Below are positions 1 to 10,832 of a DNA stretch of 64,000 nucleotides, one piece after another. The DNA comes from Convolutriloba macropyga (taxonomy: Eukaryota). Position 1 is the first letter of the stretch. Each line of letters starts with the position of its first letter. The position numbers and the translations under genes were made by a program. The DNA lies in assembly GCF_964194025.1 (NCBI RefSeq), contig NC_134481.1, positions 46,004,001 through 46,068,000 on the forward strand. Reading direction: 5' to 3'. The notes below the pieces were generated by a model. The model saw nothing but the letters and a program-made list of their open reading frames with translations, made no database searches and was not told where the DNA came from.

Positions 1-331
1 ATCCGGTGTTCTGTACAGCAATGATCCTCTTGAATGTGCGGAAATCGATTCTTGGTTAACCATTGCCGATGATATTGCGGAAGGAAAATTAACTAATTTT
101 GAAGCAGTTGATAAACGAATTTCGACTCTTACCTATTTGGTAGGGCACCGTTTCACAGTGGCCGACGTGTCATTGGCCAACGCTTTGTATTTTTGCAAAG
201 TTGACATTGAAAAGTTCACTCACATAAAACGCTGGCAGAAATTGATGATGACCGAAATCAGTATGCCGACAAACTTGCCTCAAATGAAAAGTGGTGCTTC
301 AGTAGAAGGTAGTCCAAAATTTGCCGATTAG
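1..331 (+). pseudogene. Partial duplicate of the EPRS 5' coding region (GST-like domain), truncated, ending SPKFAD-stop
   Basis: 1-319 is identical to 1315-1633; the frame then runs into unrelated sequence and stops at 329-331. The 5' part lies outside the window. Confidence 0.8.
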
Positions 332-405
332 AAAGCTGTGAAACCTATATTGAGAGAGGGAGAGAGAGAAAAGTAGTATGCCATTGATTGTGGTACACCA
401 ATTAT

Positions 406-528
406 GGGTCTTTCCCATTATTGCCCCCCCCCCCCCCCAGCTTAGTGGTCAGATAACTCATGTCCCCCCAATCATGTTAAACATACCATAATGGTGTGGG
501 GGGAGGGGGGTTATAATAGGAAAGACCT
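406..528. mobile_element. MITE with TIRs and 8-bp TSD (related to the GGATC family)
   Basis: TIR GGTCTTTCCCATTAT / ATAATAGGAAAGACC; flanked by CCAATTAT on both sides; shares the CAGCTTAGTGG motif with the GGATC MITEs. Confidence 0.7.
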
Positions 529-990
529 CCAATTATTTGCATTGAAAAAGCTCTCATGAAGTGACAGCTCTCATGGCTGTCCGGCTAACAGGAGTCATTT
601 TGGAACAAAATAGTTTTAGCGGCGTGAAATTGTCAGACTAGTACACATTGACGTCCTTGAATGAGAATGGAACCTAAATGAATATCCGCGCAGTTGTGAT
701 CTATGGAAATAATTCTCTGAATGCTCTATGAATTGGATGGCTGAAATCAATAACAATTGTTTTTCCCCTTCTTCCGAAACAAATAATGGCTAATCAAGAT
801 TCCATGGCGCCCCGCATTCAGTTGTGCGTTTTACACCCCGCTACAAGAGATTGATCTATCATTTTGTAATCGCTTTCATTGCCATAGCTTTCAGAAATGC
901 CGGACTGTCTTGTGTAAGCTGTAGGTCTCTCTTACTTCGCTTTCTTGACTGCTATCTAGTTCGGCAATAGTTGAGTCTTACTTTCTATGT

Positions 991-999
991 ATTGCATCA
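991..999. promoter_or_regulatory. C/EBP-ATF (amino-acid response) element upstream of EPRS
   Basis: ATTGCATCA (= TGATGCAAT) about 160 bp before the EPRS ATG; TGACGTTA CRE-like sites at 1021 and 1045. Confidence 0.4.
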
Positions 1000-1159
1000 G
1001 ACGGCAACAAATGTACCGAATGACGTTAGCGCCACATTTAGATATGACGTTATTCAGAGGTGATACATTTAGACTCTCTGGTAGTTTTTTGTTAAGAATC
1101 ATTTGAAGCGTAGACTTAAAAGCTTACGGTTGTATACAAAGAATTCGTTTTTTTCAGAG

Positions 1160-4100
1160 ATGTTGTCATTGTTACCTTTGTTAAGTCAATATTCACAGTC
1201 GCATGGACTCTCGTTCGACGCAAAATTAGAGGGTGATAGCGTTGTTCTGAATGGAACAAAATTTGAGAAACTTAGTTGCTCGAGCTTAATGCGTTACTAT
1301 GGTCGGTTTGTATCATCCGGTGTTCTGTACAGCAATGATCCTCTTGAATGTGCGGAAATCGATTCTTGGTTAACCATTGCCGATGATATTGCGGAAGGAA
1401 AATTAACTAATTTTGAAGCAGTTGATAAACGAATTTCGACTCTTACCTATTTGGTAGGGCACCGTTTCACAGTGGCCGACGTGTCATTGGCCAACGCTTT
1501 GTATTTTTGCAAAGTTGACATTGAAAAGTTCACTCACATAAAACGCTGGCAGAAATTGATGATGACCGAAATCAGTATGCCGACAAACTTGCCTCAAATG
1601 AAAAGTGGTGCTTCAGTAGAAGGTAGTCCAAAAAAGAAAGCAAAGCAGGAGGACGTTGGTAAATTTGTGGATCTTCCTGGGGCTGAAATGGGAAAGGTGG
1701 TTGTTCGATTCCCGCCAGAGGCTAGTGGATACCTTCATGTTGGCCATGCCAAAGCCGCACTAGTCAACCAATACTATCAGCAGACTTTCCAAGGAAAATT
1801 GATTCTACGATTTGACGATACAAATCCTGCCAAGGAGAATGAGCACTTTGAGAACGTGATTAGAAAGGATCTGGAAATGCTGGAAGTTAAACCAGATTGC
1901 GAAACCAGAACATCGGACTACTTCGACGTTATGCTTGATTTATGTGAGAAAATGATAAAAGACGCGAACGCTTATGCTGACGATACCGATGCTGACACAA
2001 TGAAGAAAGAACGCGAAGCTAGAACTGAAAGTAAAAACAGGAGCAACAGTGTCGAGAAAAATCTTGCCATGTGGCGCGAAATGGTGAAAGGTACTGATTA
2101 TGGTCAACAATGTTGCATACGTGCCAAAGTCGACATGAACTCAAACAATGGATGTATGAGGGACCCAACCCTTTACAGGTGTAAGAACGAAAGTCATGTC
2201 GCGACTGGTGACAAGTACAAAGCATATCCAACTTATGATTTCGCGTGTCCAATAGTCGACAGTATTGAAGGTGTAACCCATGCATTAAGGACGACAGAAT
2301 ATCACGACAGGGATGAGCAGTATTACTGGTTAATTGAAAAATTGCAACTCAGGAAGCCTTACATTTGGGAGTACGCTAGATTAAATCTGCAAAACACCGT
2401 TTTGTCCAAACGAAAGCTGACCTGGTTGGTCAATCAAGGAGTTGTTGATTCCTGGGAAGATCCGAGGTTCCCAACAGTTCGTGGAATTTTGAGACATGGA
2501 ATGACTGTGCAGGGTCTGAAAGATTTTATCGCAGCGCAGGGAGGTTCAAAATCGATTGTGCAAATGGAATGGGATAAAATTTGGGCTTTTAATAAGAAAA
2601 TCATTGATCCGATTGCGCCCAGATACACGGCACTCAGCGAGGAAAAATTGGTACCTGTAACTCTCTCAGGAATTGATTGTGAAGAAATGAAGGAGCAGCA
2701 ACTACATCCCAAAAACAAAGAGGTTGGTACTAAACAGGTGGCTTACTGTAAGGTTATATTAATTGAACAACAAGATGCAGTTTTGCTCAAAGAAGACGAA
2801 AGTGTGACTTTAATCAACTGGGGAAATTGCATTATCAAGAAAATTGAGAGATCCGATGATGGGAACGAAGTTACCAGTATCCAAGGACAGTTGAATCTGG
2901 AGGATACGAACTTCAAAGCTACTAAACACAAACTAACTTGGCTCCCAGAAAAACACTCACAAGTCAACTCTATTCCAATAATTGCCAGAACCTATTCACA
3001 TCTGATTTCAAAGCCTGTCTTAGGCAAAGACGAAGAAATGAAAGACTTTGTAAACTGGGATTCCTTAAAAGAGGAAAACTTGCTGGGAGATCATAACATG
3101 GCAAGCGTGAAATTAAGAGACATCATTCAAATTCAGAGGAAAGGGTTCTTTATCTGTGATCGCCCGTACGAACCCTTCAACCCTGTTATTGGGAAAGACC
3201 TCCCTGCAATCTTTATTTATATCCCAGACGGGCACAAGTCCCAAGAAGACCAGGAAAAACAACAAGTTCAAGTCACTTCAAAGAGTTCGAAGCAAAACAA
3301 AGAGTTGAATGATTCGAAGAAACAAAAGCAGAACCCTAAAACAGCGGAATCGGGCGATTCCAAATCAAATCAAAGCTTGGATTTGACGGCTGTTAGGAAA
3401 CTATTTGAATCTATTTCAGCTCAAGGCGATGAAGTGAGAAAATTGAAGACAGAGAAAAAGCCACAAGAGGAAGTCAAACCAGCAGTTGATAGATTGCTTG
3501 CCTTGAAAGTCGAGTTCAAAGCAATGACAGGGATTGATCATTCTCCAAAAGCTATGGAAAAACTCTCAGCAGGAGGTGTTGAAGGCTCTGAAAATCAGGA
3601 AAAGCCGAAGGAAAAGGAAGCGAAGAAGCAGAAAGATAACAAAACAGTAGAATTGGGTGACACAAATTTGGTGAAAAATATTGATTTAACTGCTGTGAAA
3701 AAACTGGTCGACAGCATTACTGAACAAGGCAATTTAGTCCGAGAGTTAAAGACTGCGAAGAAACCACAAGACGAAGTAAAACCAGCTGTTGACAAGTTGC
3801 TAGCGTTAAAGGCTGAGTTCAAGACTTTAACTGGATCTGATTATAATCCCCAAGTTGCTGAGAAATTGCTAGCTTCTAAAGCCGAAACTACCCAATCGAA
3901 TAACACTGATGTTAACATTGACGACCTTGACCAGAAGATTTCAGCTCAAGGTGAGAAAATCAGAGCTCTGAAGGCCCAAAAAGCTTCAAAAGACGAAGTT
4001 CAACCCGAGGTAAATATTCTATTGGAACTGAAAACACAGTTTAAGAATTCAACTGGCAATGATTGGAAACCGAAAGCAGCAGCAGGCGGAGATGGTGGTG

Positions 4101-5758
4101 ATAAGAAATCTACCCCAGCTAAGGAACATGATAAAGAGAACGCGAAAGGGTCGAAAAAGCAAGAGAAAAAGAAAGGCCAAGATAAGCCGAAGGAAAAGCA
4201 ACAAGGTGGCAATGATGGTGATGGTGGCGACGGTGGGTATAAAAAGAAGGAAACGAAATTGGGTTTGGGAATCACAATGGAAGATAATTACTCGGAGTGG
4301 TATACGCAAGTTATCACGAAAGCTGAAATGATTGAGTATTATGACGTATCTGGGTGTTACGTGTTGCGACCTCTTTCATACGCAATTTGGGAAAAGATTC
4401 AAAGTTTCTTTGACGGAGAGATTAAAAAGCTGGACGTTGAGAATGTTTACTTTCCAATGTTTGTTTCAAAGTCTGCCCTGGAACGTGAGAAAGATCACAT
4501 TGCCGATTTTGCCCCAGAGGTTGCGTGGGTGACGCGGTCGGGTAAAAGTGAGTTAGCCGAGCCGATTGCAATTCGACCCACGAGTGAAACTGTGATGTAC
4601 CCTTCTTATGCTAAATGGATTCAAAGTCATCGAGATTTGCCCTTAAAGTTGAACCAGTGGAACAATGTTGTGAGGTGGGAGTTTAAGAACCCAACGCCTT
4701 TCTTGAGAACTCGCGAGTTTCTGTGGCAGGAAGGTCACACCGCATTTGCAACTCGAGAGGAGGCCGTTGAAGAAGTGCACGCAATTTTGGACCTGTACGC
4801 ACGCGTGTACGAGGAACTTCTGGCGATTCCCGTGATCAAAGGTAGGAAAACTGAGAAGGAAAAATTCCCTGGCGCTGATTTTACGACAACAGTTGAAGCT
4901 TTCATATCTCAATGTGGACGAGGAATACAAGGAGCGACTAGTCACCATTTGGGACAGAATTTCTCGAAGATGTTCAACATTGTGTTTGAAAATCCAGATA
5001 AGCCAGGCGAGCAATGTTTTGCGCATCAGAACTCCTGGGGGTTGTCAACGCGAACTATCGGAACTATGGTTATGGCTCATAGCGATAACAAAGGGTTGGT
5101 TTTACCTCCTAAAGTTGCTCATTTCAAACTGGTTGTGGTTCCCTGTGGTATCACAGATCAAACAAACGAAAAGGAATTGTTCGACAACTGCTCTAAGATG
5201 TGCCAGGAGCTAAATGATCATGGTCTCAAAGCGAAGACAGATCTGCGCCCGAATTACAGCCCTGGGTGGAAGTTCAACCACTGGGAGTTGAAAGGGGTTC
5301 CAATCCGAGTTGAAATTGGTCCCAAAGATCTCCAGAAAGGTCAAGTCACCATGGTCCGGCGAGATACTGGCGAACGGTCCTTTGTCAAACGTGATCAAGT
5401 TATCACAGCGGTCGAGGAAATGCTGGATGTTATCCAGAAAAACTTGCTGGAGAGGGCGAAGACTAACTTGAGCACGCATTTGAAGGTCACAAAGAGTTTT
5501 GACGAGTTTTGCTCGTTGCTGGATCAGAAGAATATTTTACTGGCACCGTTCTGTGGTGATAAAGATTGCGAAGGCGAAATCAAGGAAGAAAGTGCCAAAG
5601 GTCGAGATCTGGACGCTAATGCTCCGTCTATGGGAGCCAAGAGTCTGTGTATCCCATTCGAACAGCCAGAGGGTGAAGACGTGACCAAGTGCGCTTGTAT
5701 CAAACCAGGGTGCAAAAATGCGCCAAAGAAGTTTACTTTGTTCGGTCGGAGCTATTAA
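1160..5758 (+). CDS. EPRS: Bifunctional glutamyl-prolyl-tRNA synthetase, 1532 aa, single coding exon
   Basis: N-terminal GST-like domain; GluRS with RFPPEASGYLHVGH, YPTYDFACP and VLSKR; three WHEP repeats (~3410-3550, 3713-3850, 3935-4075); ProRS with IRPTSET, REFLWQEGH, QGATSHHLGQNFS and C-terminal FGRSY. ATG 1160 follows a TTTTCAG acceptor; the ORF-track TTG start at 1103 is unlikely. Confidence 0.97.
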   Translation: MLSLLPLLSQYSQSHGLSFDAKLEGDSVVLNGTKFEKLSCSSLMRYYGRFVSSGVLYSNDPLECAEIDSWLTIADDIAEGKLTNFEAVDKRISTLTYLVGHRFTVADVSLANALYFCKVDIEKFTHIKRWQKLMMTEISMPTNLPQMKSGASVEGSPKKKAKQEDVGKFVDLPGAEMGKVVVRFPPEASGYLHVGHAKAALVNQYYQQTFQGKLILRFDDTNPAKENEHFENVIRKDLEMLEVKPDCETRTSDYFDVMLDLCEKMIKDANAYADDTDADTMKKEREARTESKNRSNSVEKNLAMWREMVKGTDYGQQCCIRAKVDMNSNNGCMRDPTLYRCKNESHVATGDKYKAYPTYDFACPIVDSIEGVTHALRTTEYHDRDEQYYWLIEKLQLRKPYIWEYARLNLQNTVLSKRKLTWLVNQGVVDSWEDPRFPTVRGILRHGMTVQGLKDFIAAQGGSKSIVQMEWDKIWAFNKKIIDPIAPRYTALSEEKLVPVTLSGIDCEEMKEQQLHPKNKEVGTKQVAYCKVILIEQQDAVLLKEDESVTLINWGNCIIKKIERSDDGNEVTSIQGQLNLEDTNFKATKHKLTWLPEKHSQVNSIPIIARTYSHLISKPVLGKDEEMKDFVNWDSLKEENLLGDHNMASVKLRDIIQIQRKGFFICDRPYEPFNPVIGKDLPAIFIYIPDGHKSQEDQEKQQVQVTSKSSKQNKELNDSKKQKQNPKTAESGDSKSNQSLDLTAVRKLFESISAQGDEVRKLKTEKKPQEEVKPAVDRLLALKVEFKAMTGIDHSPKAMEKLSAGGVEGSENQEKPKEKEAKKQKDNKTVELGDTNLVKNIDLTAVKKLVDSITEQGNLVRELKTAKKPQDEVKPAVDKLLALKAEFKTLTGSDYNPQVAEKLLASKAETTQSNNTDVNIDDLDQKISAQGEKIRALKAQKASKDEVQPEVNILLELKTQFKNSTGNDWKPKAAAGGDGGDKKSTPAKEHDKENAKGSKKQEKKKGQDKPKEKQQGGNDGDGGDGGYKKKETKLGLGITMEDNYSEWYTQVITKAEMIEYYDVSGCYVLRPLSYAIWEKIQSFFDGEIKKLDVENVYFPMFVSKSALEREKDHIADFAPEVAWVTRSGKSELAEPIAIRPTSETVMYPSYAKWIQSHRDLPLKLNQWNNVVRWEFKNPTPFLRTREFLWQEGHTAFATREEAVEEVHAILDLYARVYEELLAIPVIKGRKTEKEKFPGADFTTTVEAFISQCGRGIQGATSHHLGQNFSKMFNIVFENPDKPGEQCFAHQNSWGLSTRTIGTMVMAHSDNKGLVLPPKVAHFKLVVVPCGITDQTNEKELFDNCSKMCQELNDHGLKAKTDLRPNYSPGWKFNHWELKGVPIRVEIGPKDLQKGQVTMVRRDTGERSFVKRDQVITAVEEMLDVIQKNLLERAKTNLSTHLKVTKSFDEFCSLLDQKNILLAPFCGDKDCEGEIKEESAKGRDLDANAPSMGAKSLCIPFEQPEGEDVTKCACIKPGCKNAPKKFTLFGRSY

Positions 5759-6700
5759 TGAATTAAAGCAATTGATATCAATTTAATTAAATTGATAAAG
5801 CTGTAAATTATTTGTTACTCTGTGTTTGTCCTGAATGTCGGAGGGGATTGGTACCAGAGAATCTGAACTGCTTTAATTTGTTTTAAAGAAGTTAAAAAGT
5901 CATCAAATTTAATAATTACGCTTTGTATATTTAATAAAGGTTGCTTTTTCCGCTTAGTTCTTTGTGTCTTCTAAAAAGCACCAGATTTATTATATTCATT
6001 GCAATGACCAATTTTTGAGTTCTGATCTGAGAGCAATTGATAATTAATTATTACTGAATAGCTTTCGATGTTCGACCCTCCTCATGTTTTAATGACCGGC
6101 TTTCATTTCAGTTTTCCATCAAAATTTATTTAAATGGCTTCAGTTTTCACCTTATTTTAGCCTCACTTTCTGTTCGATGCCGTTTTCTATGTCAATAAAC
6201 CTCCACAGTGCGTTTTTTTAAATCTTGAAGTGCTATATTATATAGGGAATTATTGGAAGAAGTGTTTGGGGGATCTAAAGCATTTCAACTACTGTGAAAG
6301 TGGAACGGTACTGGATACGAAACAACACCTGTTACTTGCAAGCTTAGTGTGCTAATGATTACACCACTATTAATCTTGTCTTAATCTCTCGGACTTGGGT
6401 ATCCCTAGTAATCTATTCTCTTGTTGCTCGAGTCTTTATTTCTCTAGCCAATTATACGTTAAACCCAAGTAGAGCTCATTGTCAAGCTGTGTCAACCCTT
6501 ATCTTATGCCCAATTTAATCAGATTTTATCTATCGGCCTTCTAACAAGGAACGTTCCTCGTTCCTTATCTATGGAAATTATGTCAAAACACTAGGCTACC
6601 GCAAATTCTTTTTCAATTTTTATGGCTCAGTTAACGTTGTTGCAGTGGTAGAACATTTAAATATTAACTAATATGATTTTGGATTTCGAAATGGAAGAGT

Positions 6701-6934
6701 CTAGCATTCTTCCCCCTCCATATCTGCTGTGTCTATCGTGACCTCCTCGTAATCCTGTTCCAGGGCAGCCAGATCTTCCCTGGCTTCTGAGAACTCCCCC
6801 TCCTCCATCCCCTCCCCCACATACCAATGCACAAATGCCCGTTTTGAGTACATCAAGTCGAACTTGTAGTCCAGTCTAGCCCAGGCTTCTGCGATAGCTG
6901 AGGTGTTTGTTAGCATGCAGACTGCTCTCAATAC
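6701..6934 (-). CDS. TUBA: Alpha-tubulin exon 2 (VLRAVCML...MEGEEC-stop); spliced protein 444 aa
   Basis: Acceptor TTACAG at 6935; continues AK|[36 protein letters not shown]; intron 6935-9197. Confidence 0.95.
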   Translation of the reverse strand, partial: VLRAVCMLTNTSAIAEAWARLDYKFDLMYSKRAFVHWYVGEGMEEGEFSEAREDLAALEQDYEEVTIDTADMEGEEC

Positions 6935-7092
6935 CTGTAACTTATGGTATCGTGAACTTTACTTTACTTCAACTTACATTTTAAATGCGTGGATATCGCG
7001 CCTTTTTTTTGCTTTTCATCTAATGAAATTTTCTGGCATGCATGCTGTGGGTGGCTTTTTTCAGGCCAAAAGATAAATTTTGAAAAGCCTTG

Positions 7093-7460
7093 AATTGCTT
7101 CCAAATGAAGTTGGAAGCAATTATTGTCGTGCTTTTGGATAAATTTTCAAAGATTTTCGATTGCCTCTTTTCGTTCATGACTTTTTGGGTGTCTGAATTG
7201 CTCCTTCATTCGCATTAATAAGCAGCTGAACTCAATTTACTCAATTGTTAATAACTAAAAAGTCAAGTGAGAAGTGCACTGAATTTGATTTCATTCTCTC
7301 AATTTAAATCACCGTTATGGTCGACAAAAAGTTCTTTAAAAAATATTCGCAAAGCATCAGAAATTATGCCCCCGGCTGAAGCGAGCTGCAGTATTAACTT
7401 CGATTTAAGGCTTCAATTTAAGGAATTGGCTAGCAATTCTTCTGATGTTATTCGGCCACA
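7093..7460 (+). mobile_element. HINE/DINE-like family C copy in the tubulin intron
   Basis: Perfect 5' stem-loop AATTGCTTCCAA-atgaag-TTGGAAGCAATT; internal AAGCAGCTGAACTCA shared with the copies at 26196 and 46453; degenerate 3' subTIR near 7425-7455. Confidence 0.55.
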
Positions 7461-8147
7461 AGATTTAGCTGACATTTTTTGAGCGCAGCATTTGCAAATT
7501 CCACAAAAAATTAAAGAAAAGGCGGAGTTGAGAATGGAAATTGAAAAGGCGGATCTAAGAATGCGGAAAGCTTTACGAGTTTTGCTCTTGGCTAGAGATG
7601 ACTTTTTGCGTGATCATACACAATGGGTGGAGCCGTATTCAAGTTTTTTTTGTTACAACTTTTTGGGCGATTGATTTTTTTGGTATAAAAATTTATCAAT
7701 CGAAAAACAATTTTCAAGTGAGACAAAAAATGAGATAGCCTTTTTGAAATCTGAAAATTTTGTAATTCCTTAGAAAAAAGCAAGGGTTTTATGATTTTCA
7801 GCTTTCGAAATTCTACTTGCCAGCAAAAATATGCGAATACCGAAACCAGTTAGCATAACACCATTGTTAGTTTCAGCTATGAAAGTTTGAGAATCAGCGT
7901 TATTTTAATAGATGAGGAACTAATAGCTGATGGAAACTTAAGAATGATGTTTATTATAAAAGATTACCAACTAATATCATTTGATTTTTTCCTCAAAAAA
8001 CGGGTTCCGAATAGGTTTCAGCTGAGTTTTGCTTCTTATTTGTTTTTGTGTATGGAATGGAAACGTTGTTTTGCCAAAACGTTGACTTACAGCTTATATG
8101 AAAGCTTTGTACAAAATTCAATAATGAAATTGAAACAAATAGTTACG

Positions 8148-8528
8148 TATGCCCTTGAACGAAGTTTAAAGCAATTACTGTAAACGTGTGTGTCTTTGTG
8201 AAAAATTTTTGCTTGACCGTTTATGTATTTCTGTTCAAGAGCAAACTTCGATTTCAAGTTTCATTCAATTTTTTTTCTTGAGTGATTGCAATTGCTCTCA
8301 TTCCAAAATAAAGTTTTTATTAAAATAAAAGCGATTGTGAGCAAGTGATTAGCAAAACCGTTACAGCTTAGTTGTTATGATGTCACACTGATGTTTGGAG
8401 GCTGAGGGTTGAAACCCTAATGGGGCGCGCTTTTAAACTTATAAAAAATTTTTAAGCTACACCCCCTAAATTAAATAGCCTCTCCACGAATGTTGTTTGA
8501 GATTAATTCATTGGACGTTTGCTATTAT
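8148..8528 (+). mobile_element. HINE-like family C copy with internal tRNA-like segment
   Basis: Alignable to 17982-18341 (gaacgaagttt..gcaatta.tgtaaacg, aaaatttttgcttgaccgttt, aaaagcgattgtgagc); B-box-like GGGTTGAAACCC at 8406. Confidence 0.6.
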
Positions 8529-9197
8529 TTGGTATACTAGTTTATTTGATTTAATTTTTCAGCAGAAACCTATACTTTAAACAGTAGCAATTGGAGCTGA
8601 TGGTTTTACTCTGTACATCTGAGTTTTGGCTTAAATGTTTTCTTGCATGTTCTTTTTTGATCTCATCTGATATTTGGTTTTTGTCAAAAAAAAGGATAGT
8701 TTCCGAGGTGTTGTTTTTCTCTCAATTTTGTGGTGTTGTAATGCCAAGTGTCTTTTTAATCTTCTATCTTAGGCCCATAGTTTTAATACAGATCTTTCGC
8801 CTCGTTAGCTGTAGTATTAGTAGACCTGGATTTGGTTTGAACCACGGGATTCAGAACCTTCAGTTTCCGGTGTCAGTTTCAAGCCGTCAGAATATTTGTT
8901 TAGTTTTTGAAGTTCATTACAGTGTTTACAGGTGCATTTTAGTTGTCATGTACTCTTTTGTATTACAACGGTCGTGTAACTTTTCGTCGCACGTGTCTTT
9001 ACATAGTAGTGTGCCATTTTATAAATGTATCTAGAACCAAAGTTGACTGGATCTCAAAAATATTGCCCGGCATCTCCGAATTTGTTGCGAAATCCTCGCC
9101 CTTCCAAGCAACGTAAAGTTATGGAATGGCGGCCAATAGCTGCACTGGGGAGGTGGGCAAGAATATTATAAATTAAGATTTTGTTTGACTATCTAAC

Positions 9198-10298
9198 CTT
9201 TGCTAAGTCTCCGCCTGGTACAACCGTCGGTGGCTGGTAGTTGATGCCGACTTTGAACCCGGTAGGACACCAGTCCACAAAATTGATAGCTTTCTTAGAC
9301 TTGATATTTGCAATGGCGTAGTTCACGTCTTTGGGAGTGACAGCTCCTCTGTATAACAAACACACTGACATGTATTTACCCTGTCTGGGGTCACATTTCA
9401 CCATCTGAGCTGCTGGTTCAAAACACTGGTTCGTAATTTCAGCCGTTGTTAATTGTTCGTGGTATGCTTTTTCTGCCGAAATAATCGGCGCGTACGTGAC
9501 CAAAGGGAAGTGTATTCTTGGATATGGAACCAAATTTGTCTGGAATTCGGTCAAGTCGACGTTTAACGCACCATCGAAGCGAAGCGATGCCGTGATCGCA
9601 GAAACTACTTGACCTATCAACCGGTTTAAGTTTGTGTATGTTGGTCTGTCTACGTCAATATACCTTGCGCAAATATCATAAATAGCTTCGTTGTCAACTA
9701 GAAAGCAAACGTCAGATTGTTCCAAGCTACAGTGAGTGGTGAGAACCGCGTTATATGGCTCCACGACTGCTGTTGAGATTTGCGGAGCCGGGTAAACCGC
9801 GAACTCGAGTTTACTTCGCCTGCCGTAATCAGCGCTTAGTCTTTCCATAAGCAAAGATGTGAAACCGGATCCGGTTCCCCCACCGAATGAGTGGAAGAGT
9901 AGAAATCCTTGCAGACCATCGCAAATGTCCGCAAGACGTCGGATTCTGTCCAGAACGAGGTCAACTATTTCTTTTCCCACTGTGTAATGACCTCTGGCGT
10001 AGTTGTTTGCGGCATCTTCTTTACCAGTTATCAGCTGTTCGGGGTGAAATAATTGTCGATAAGTACCTGTTCTGACTTCGTCAACCACGGTGGGCTCAAG
10101 GTCGAACAGAATGGCCCTGGGTACGTGCTTTCCAGCCCCTGTATTGCTGAAAAATGTCAGAAATGAGTCATCCGTGGGCCAACTTGTAGCCATGAATCCA
10201 TCGGGGGCTATTCCGTGCTCTAAACAGTACAATTCCCAGCATGCGTTAGCTATTTGAACTCCCGCTTGGCCGATGTGAATTGAAATAACTTCTCTCAT
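9198..10298 (-). CDS. TUBA: Alpha-tubulin (divergent isotype), exon 1
   Basis: [64 protein letters not shown]; phase-0 donor AAG|GTTAGA at 9197. Confidence 0.95.
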
Positions 10299-10338
10299 TA
10301 TGTTGACAACTTTCAATGTTTCAACTGGTTGGTTTACT

Positions 10339-10386
10339 GTTGCCTTGACAATGATATTTAGTCTTCGGTGTATGTAACTTGGTTAC
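10339..10386. promoter_or_regulatory. Two RFX X-box-like motifs upstream of the alpha-tubulin ATG
   Basis: GTTGCCTTGACAAT (10339-10352) and GTAACTTGGTTAC (10374-10386), 40-90 bp upstream of ATG 10298. Confidence 0.4.
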
Positions 10387-10704
10387 TTAAAGACTTCAAC
10401 GCGTAATTCCTAAATCAATGATCCGAGTTGGGTGTTTATTTAGATCGAATTATTCAACATCTAGAATTGTATCTTATGTGAAAGAAATGTGTGAACTTTG
10501 GCAATGTATTGATTAGCTGATTTAATGGTGGTTACGTTGGTTTTTAATGAAGTACTGTGGGATACAGCTGTTGAAAATGGCACGTGCGCTGTTACGATAA
10601 AGACCCTTTATTAGTTAAACGCCATTTTGTTTCCGTACTTTTTAATTCTCAGTAGGGTATTTGTCGACTGTCACCACCCTTAATTGATTAGATGATTAAA
10701 ATTT

Positions 10705-10832
10705 GGATCTATTCTGTTTCGCAAACACCCCCGCCCCCGCAGTGTTTTTTACGCCCCCCAGTTACAATAGCACGTGCGCCTGGGGGCGTAAAAAATATAA
10801 GCTCACTAAGCTTCGCAAAACAGAATAGATCC
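10705..10832. mobile_element. GGATC-family MITE
   Basis: TIR GGATCTATTCTGTTT / AAACAGAATAGATCC; 8-bp TSD TAAAATTT. Confidence 0.85.

Noticed and set aside
1103-1159. N-terminal extension of EPRS from a TTG start
   Set aside because: Non-ATG start within a probable 5'UTR intron or outron ending at TTTTCAG 1157
7267-9034. Short + strand ORFs inside the tubulin intron
   Set aside because: Low-complexity F/L/I/K-rich translations of AT-rich repeat DNA with no recognisable motifs
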